Assembly (NCBI RefSeq): GCF_037042905.1
Contig: NC_087251.1
Coordinates: 15,316,001-15,380,000, forward strand
Reading direction: 5' to 3'
Length of the DNA stretch: 64,000 nt
Origin: Lytechinus pictus
Taxonomy: Eukaryota
Each line of letters starts with the position of its first letter. The stretch's first letter is position 1. The notes below the pieces were generated by a model. That model did not search any database and was not told the DNA's origin. It saw nothing but the letters and a program-made list of their open reading frames with translations. This document shows positions 63,776-64,000 of the stretch, one piece after another. A program made the translations under genes and the position numbers.

Positions 63776-64000
63776 GTATGTACATAAACTTGATATATTT
63801 CTCCTGTGGTATTGATGATGATAGTGAATTTCATATAATTTATGCATGTTATGTCATGCTGGAAGAGTGAAAATCACCACAGAATTTTCTTAAATTATAT
63901 CTCCTGATGCTCAAAATAAGTCATGAAGACTGTTTTGAACTTTGGACTGTTCATACAGTTTATATTTTCATATTTATGGTTATTTTTATTATTATGTTCA

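Overview
AT-rich eukaryotic (metazoan) genomic DNA. The repeat content suggests a marine invertebrate, probably an echinoderm (inference). The whole window lies inside the 3' part of one + strand ryanodine receptor (RyR) gene. I assembled 34 GT-AG exons by hand (8762..63775) into one continuous reading frame. They run from the core solenoid/central domain (LCEGHN, LTEYIQ) through the EF-hand pair, divergent region DR1, TM segments S1-S6, the pore loop and the C-terminal Zn finger. The upstream exons and the last coding exon are outside the window. The introns hold many non-autonomous transposons: a ~5.8 kb foldback element with an internal ~210-bp satellite, Kolobok/T2-, Harbinger- and hAT-type MITEs, Helentron-associated elements, a tRNA SINE and a 3.6 kb hAT derivative. 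They also hold micro- and minisatellites. Most notable: (i) a 21-nt frame-preserving microexon candidate at the position homologous to mammalian RyR1 ASII, with UGC motifs and a downstream Rbfox cluster; (ii) a spliced selectivity filter that reads GGGIAD instead of the canonical GGGIGD; (iii) two canonical EF-hand loops; (iv) further cassette-exon candidates and a triple CTCF-like site cluster in the large DR1 introns. Apart from the few that overlap RyR exons, the ORFs in the supplied track are repeat or chance artefacts. No CRISPR or prokaryotic features.
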